In this document: positions 61,151 to 64,000 of the stretch, piece by piece
Position numbering within the stretch: position 1 is the stretch's first letter
Layout of the letters: each line of letters opens with the position of its first letter
NCBI GenBank assembly: GCA_013265495.1
Contig: MU058781.1
Location: forward strand, 4,217,050-4,281,049
DNA: 64,000 nucleotides
Direction of reading: 5' to 3'
Source of the DNA: Vicugna vicugna
Lineage: Eukaryota
Notes under the pieces: model-generated
The model's input: only the letters and a program-made list of their open reading frames with translations
What the model was told of the DNA's origin: nothing
The model's database searches: none
Made by a program: the position numbers and the translations under genes

Positions 61151-64000
61151 GTGAGGACACACAGTGGCTCCTTAGACGCCAAGTGGAATTGCTAACATAC
61201 AAATCCTCGACAGGTATCAATTTAACATAAGCTTAGCTGGGAGGACCCCACGTAGATTGGCAAAGTAAAGGGGCACATTTGATAGCTTAAAAGATAAAAT
61301 GCTGTCACCTGGCAGTAGAATCAAGGAGGGGAGAAAAGCTTAAATGTTAAAAATAACAATACTAAAGAAAAACCAGCTAGAGAAGGACAAGGGCTTGTTG
61401 ACCCCTATTTCAACTTCCCTGGCTTCTTCCTCCCCAAATCATTTAGGGAACAGAGAGACAACAATAGGAGGGCAAAGGCACTTAATCGGAGATTTTACAA
61501 ACCACTAAATCAAAAGAGACTGTGAAATTCCCGCCCGGGGAAGCTAACAGTGAGATTAAGTGGATTAGTTTACTGTACGGGAATCCGGGGAATGCGGCTG
61601 CGTGTGCTCTTGCTGTGGGTTGCTCAGCAGTAACATTACGGTTCTGCATCTCCCAGACACATGTGGGCCCGTGCCCGTCCGCAGACCTGCAAGGAAGGAC
61701 AGCGCCTGGCCTGCTGCTGGCCCCGCCCCACGCTGGCTGGTTTCAGGGCGGGAGGATACTGTGCCTTTACCAACGGTCTGTGCGGGGAACACTTGGGAAA
61801 TGAGAATGCAGCCAGGCTAGCCACACCCCACATTTCTACGAACCAGCGGAGCCTGGTTCCTGATGGCCGAGGGAGGGAAAACAGCAGCTGGAATTAGGAG
61901 TTCTGGCAACATCTTTGCAAAGAAAAGGCTCCCCAGCTTCAGAGAAAACTGCTACCTGATAATGGTTGAGAAGCATCCTTTCTAAGCTGCTTTCCTTTCG
62001 GTGTTAACTGCCCCAGCAATGGCATATGGAATTAAACTCGAAAAACCAGGCAAATTGCTCGTTTTCAGAAATCTGCACCCAAACTCCCCAAAGCCCAAGC
62101 GCTGGATAGATATGTGTACAAACTCTGACCTGCCAGAGTTAACAGTTTACATCAGCAGCCTATAATAAATAATGAATATGGCCCTAGGAGGGATAAAACC
62201 AGTGACATGGTATCTCTCCCCTGGCTCTAAATGGAACTCCAGATAACCTACTTTGAACAGTAATGTGTTCACAGTATGTGGGAATTAACTGCTCAATATA
62301 ATAAGTACTATTGAATTTCCCATCTCCATGCAGATAAAGGGCAACTGCCACCAAAAATAAAGTAATAACAGTAACTGAGTGATGAGGGGGAGAAAAAAGA
62401 AGAACCCCGTTTTTTTATTACAACCTTAAAATGTTACAGGTTAAAATAATCTTAAAGGGTTTAAAAAACAGCAATTAAATCTTTCCATGTCTGTTTTCCA
62501 AGACTGCAGCTGAGAAAACGAGGGCCTAAGAGCCATCCGGCGCTAGCCTTGTTAATAACGCTCTGTGAAAAATCTCATTAATTCAGTCTGGCTCTTCAGA
62601 TCAGCCGCTAAATCCTTGTATTGTCACTCATCCTCTGGCCTTTTCAGGATTTCCATAGCCTAACTAGCAGTATCTCCATGGAAACCAAGCAGTCCTGCTT
62701 TGCACATCCCGGAACTTTTTGTTCCTGACAAAGCTTGACAAATCACATGCAGCATGGAGAGTTTAACATAGCGAACTAAACCCTGACCCACACTTAGAAA
62801 TGATAAACCCAAGCATACCAGCTTTATTATAAATGATTTCCTTACAAGATACTTAACCAAGCCGGTGAAATGTTGAACCAGACAAGTTTCAAGAACAAGG
62901 TACTGGGGGGAGATGGGGGGGGAGGCAAATAAATAAATAAGTGGATAAATAAGAACCCCAGGTGTGTTCAGCTGTAGGTTTTGCGATCTGTCTGATTTTG
63001 CGTTTTCTGTCTAATTGACTTAAATTGAAAGCAACCAAAGGAGAAAAGGAGTGAAAAGGATGCTATTTCTGGGTTACTCCTGAGCCTGAGAAATGGCCTT
63101 CCTTTCCCACTCTGAACCAGAAAGGGAAATCCTAAATCCATGCCCCGGTTTTCCCTAACTCCTGCAGAGGATGGGCTGGGCAATCTAACAGGTCTCTAAG
63201 CCTGGCGACCACTTTCTGGCTGCGCAGTCTGGCTCCTCGGAACTGAGGCTCTCAGCTCTGGGAAATGTGAAGGCATTGCCAGTCCTAAAAAGTGGGGCTG
63301 GCCTCGCTGAGGAGGGAGGCTGAATTCTCACCAGGTGACAAAAGATGGGCAGAGGACAGCATTCTCCAGGGTCTGATCTCCCTCAGAAGTGCCAGCGTCC
63401 CCATTCATTCCCACTGTTTACCTGGCAAGCTCCTTTCCCATCCTCCCCTCTCTCAGGCATCCTGTCCAGGGGATGGAGCCAGCTCAGAGCCCTGTCCCCA
63501 GAGAAAGGAGCAGAAGGAAGGTGAATCTGGGGACAGGGCAGCCAGAAGCAGACCAGGACCTTGCAGAGAGGCCACACACGCATCCTTGACTTCAGCTTTC
63601 ACTTCACCAAAGAGTAGGTGTCACAGACCTACCCGAAGGCAGCATCGTGACTTCCAAACCTCTTGCTGAGCCCTAGCCAGGCTGGAGGGGGCGCGGGCCA
63701 GAGAGGCAGCCCTGTAATCTGAAGCAGGAAGGGCCCCTCGTAGCCTCCTCTGTCACATGGCTGCTTCTCTGGCCGCTGATGCTTCCTGAGGGTAGACGGA
63801 GACAAGGACGCCCAAGGACCTGTAGTTACGGGTGCCACAGGAGGGTGAAGGCCACCATTGTCATCAGCCCCTCAATCTCCTGCCTTCCTTTTGTCCTGTG
63901 ATACAGACCAGCAATGGTGAGGTGTGTGACAAGAAAAGGCAGCCCAGGGGTGGTGGAGGGGGGCCTGGGAAATGTCTCAAGGCCTCAACTTGATTCCATC

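Overview
Mammalian, non-coding-looking genomic DNA. I found no protein-coding gene, RNA gene, CRISPR array or prokaryotic feature. None of the supplied ORFs resembles a known protein except frameshifted ERVL pol and LINE-1 fragments. The window is dense in eutherian interspersed repeats: MIR, L2, old L1M, MaLR MLT1, ERVL, ERV1 solo LTRs, and MER5/MER58/MER46/MER104 DNA transposons. One short, young-looking L1 3' end at ~39.9-40.1 kb resembles camelid L1 from memory, so the host may be an alpaca, llama or camel (unverified). L1 and LTR elements lie on both strands, which fits intergenic DNA better than an intron. The most notable items are: two adjacent near-identical tandem duplications at 27.3-28.0 kb; an apparent AT-to-GC/CpG gain in old repeats around them; a CpG-rich, repeat-poor block at 28.8-30.0 kb with a good CTCF motif and an enhancer-like motif cluster; an LTR-less, deleted ERVL pol remnant; and several nested insertions. 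Repeat family names come from recalled consensus sequences, not a search. Boundaries are approximate unless TSDs or TIRs are quoted. I cannot support a novel biological system here.
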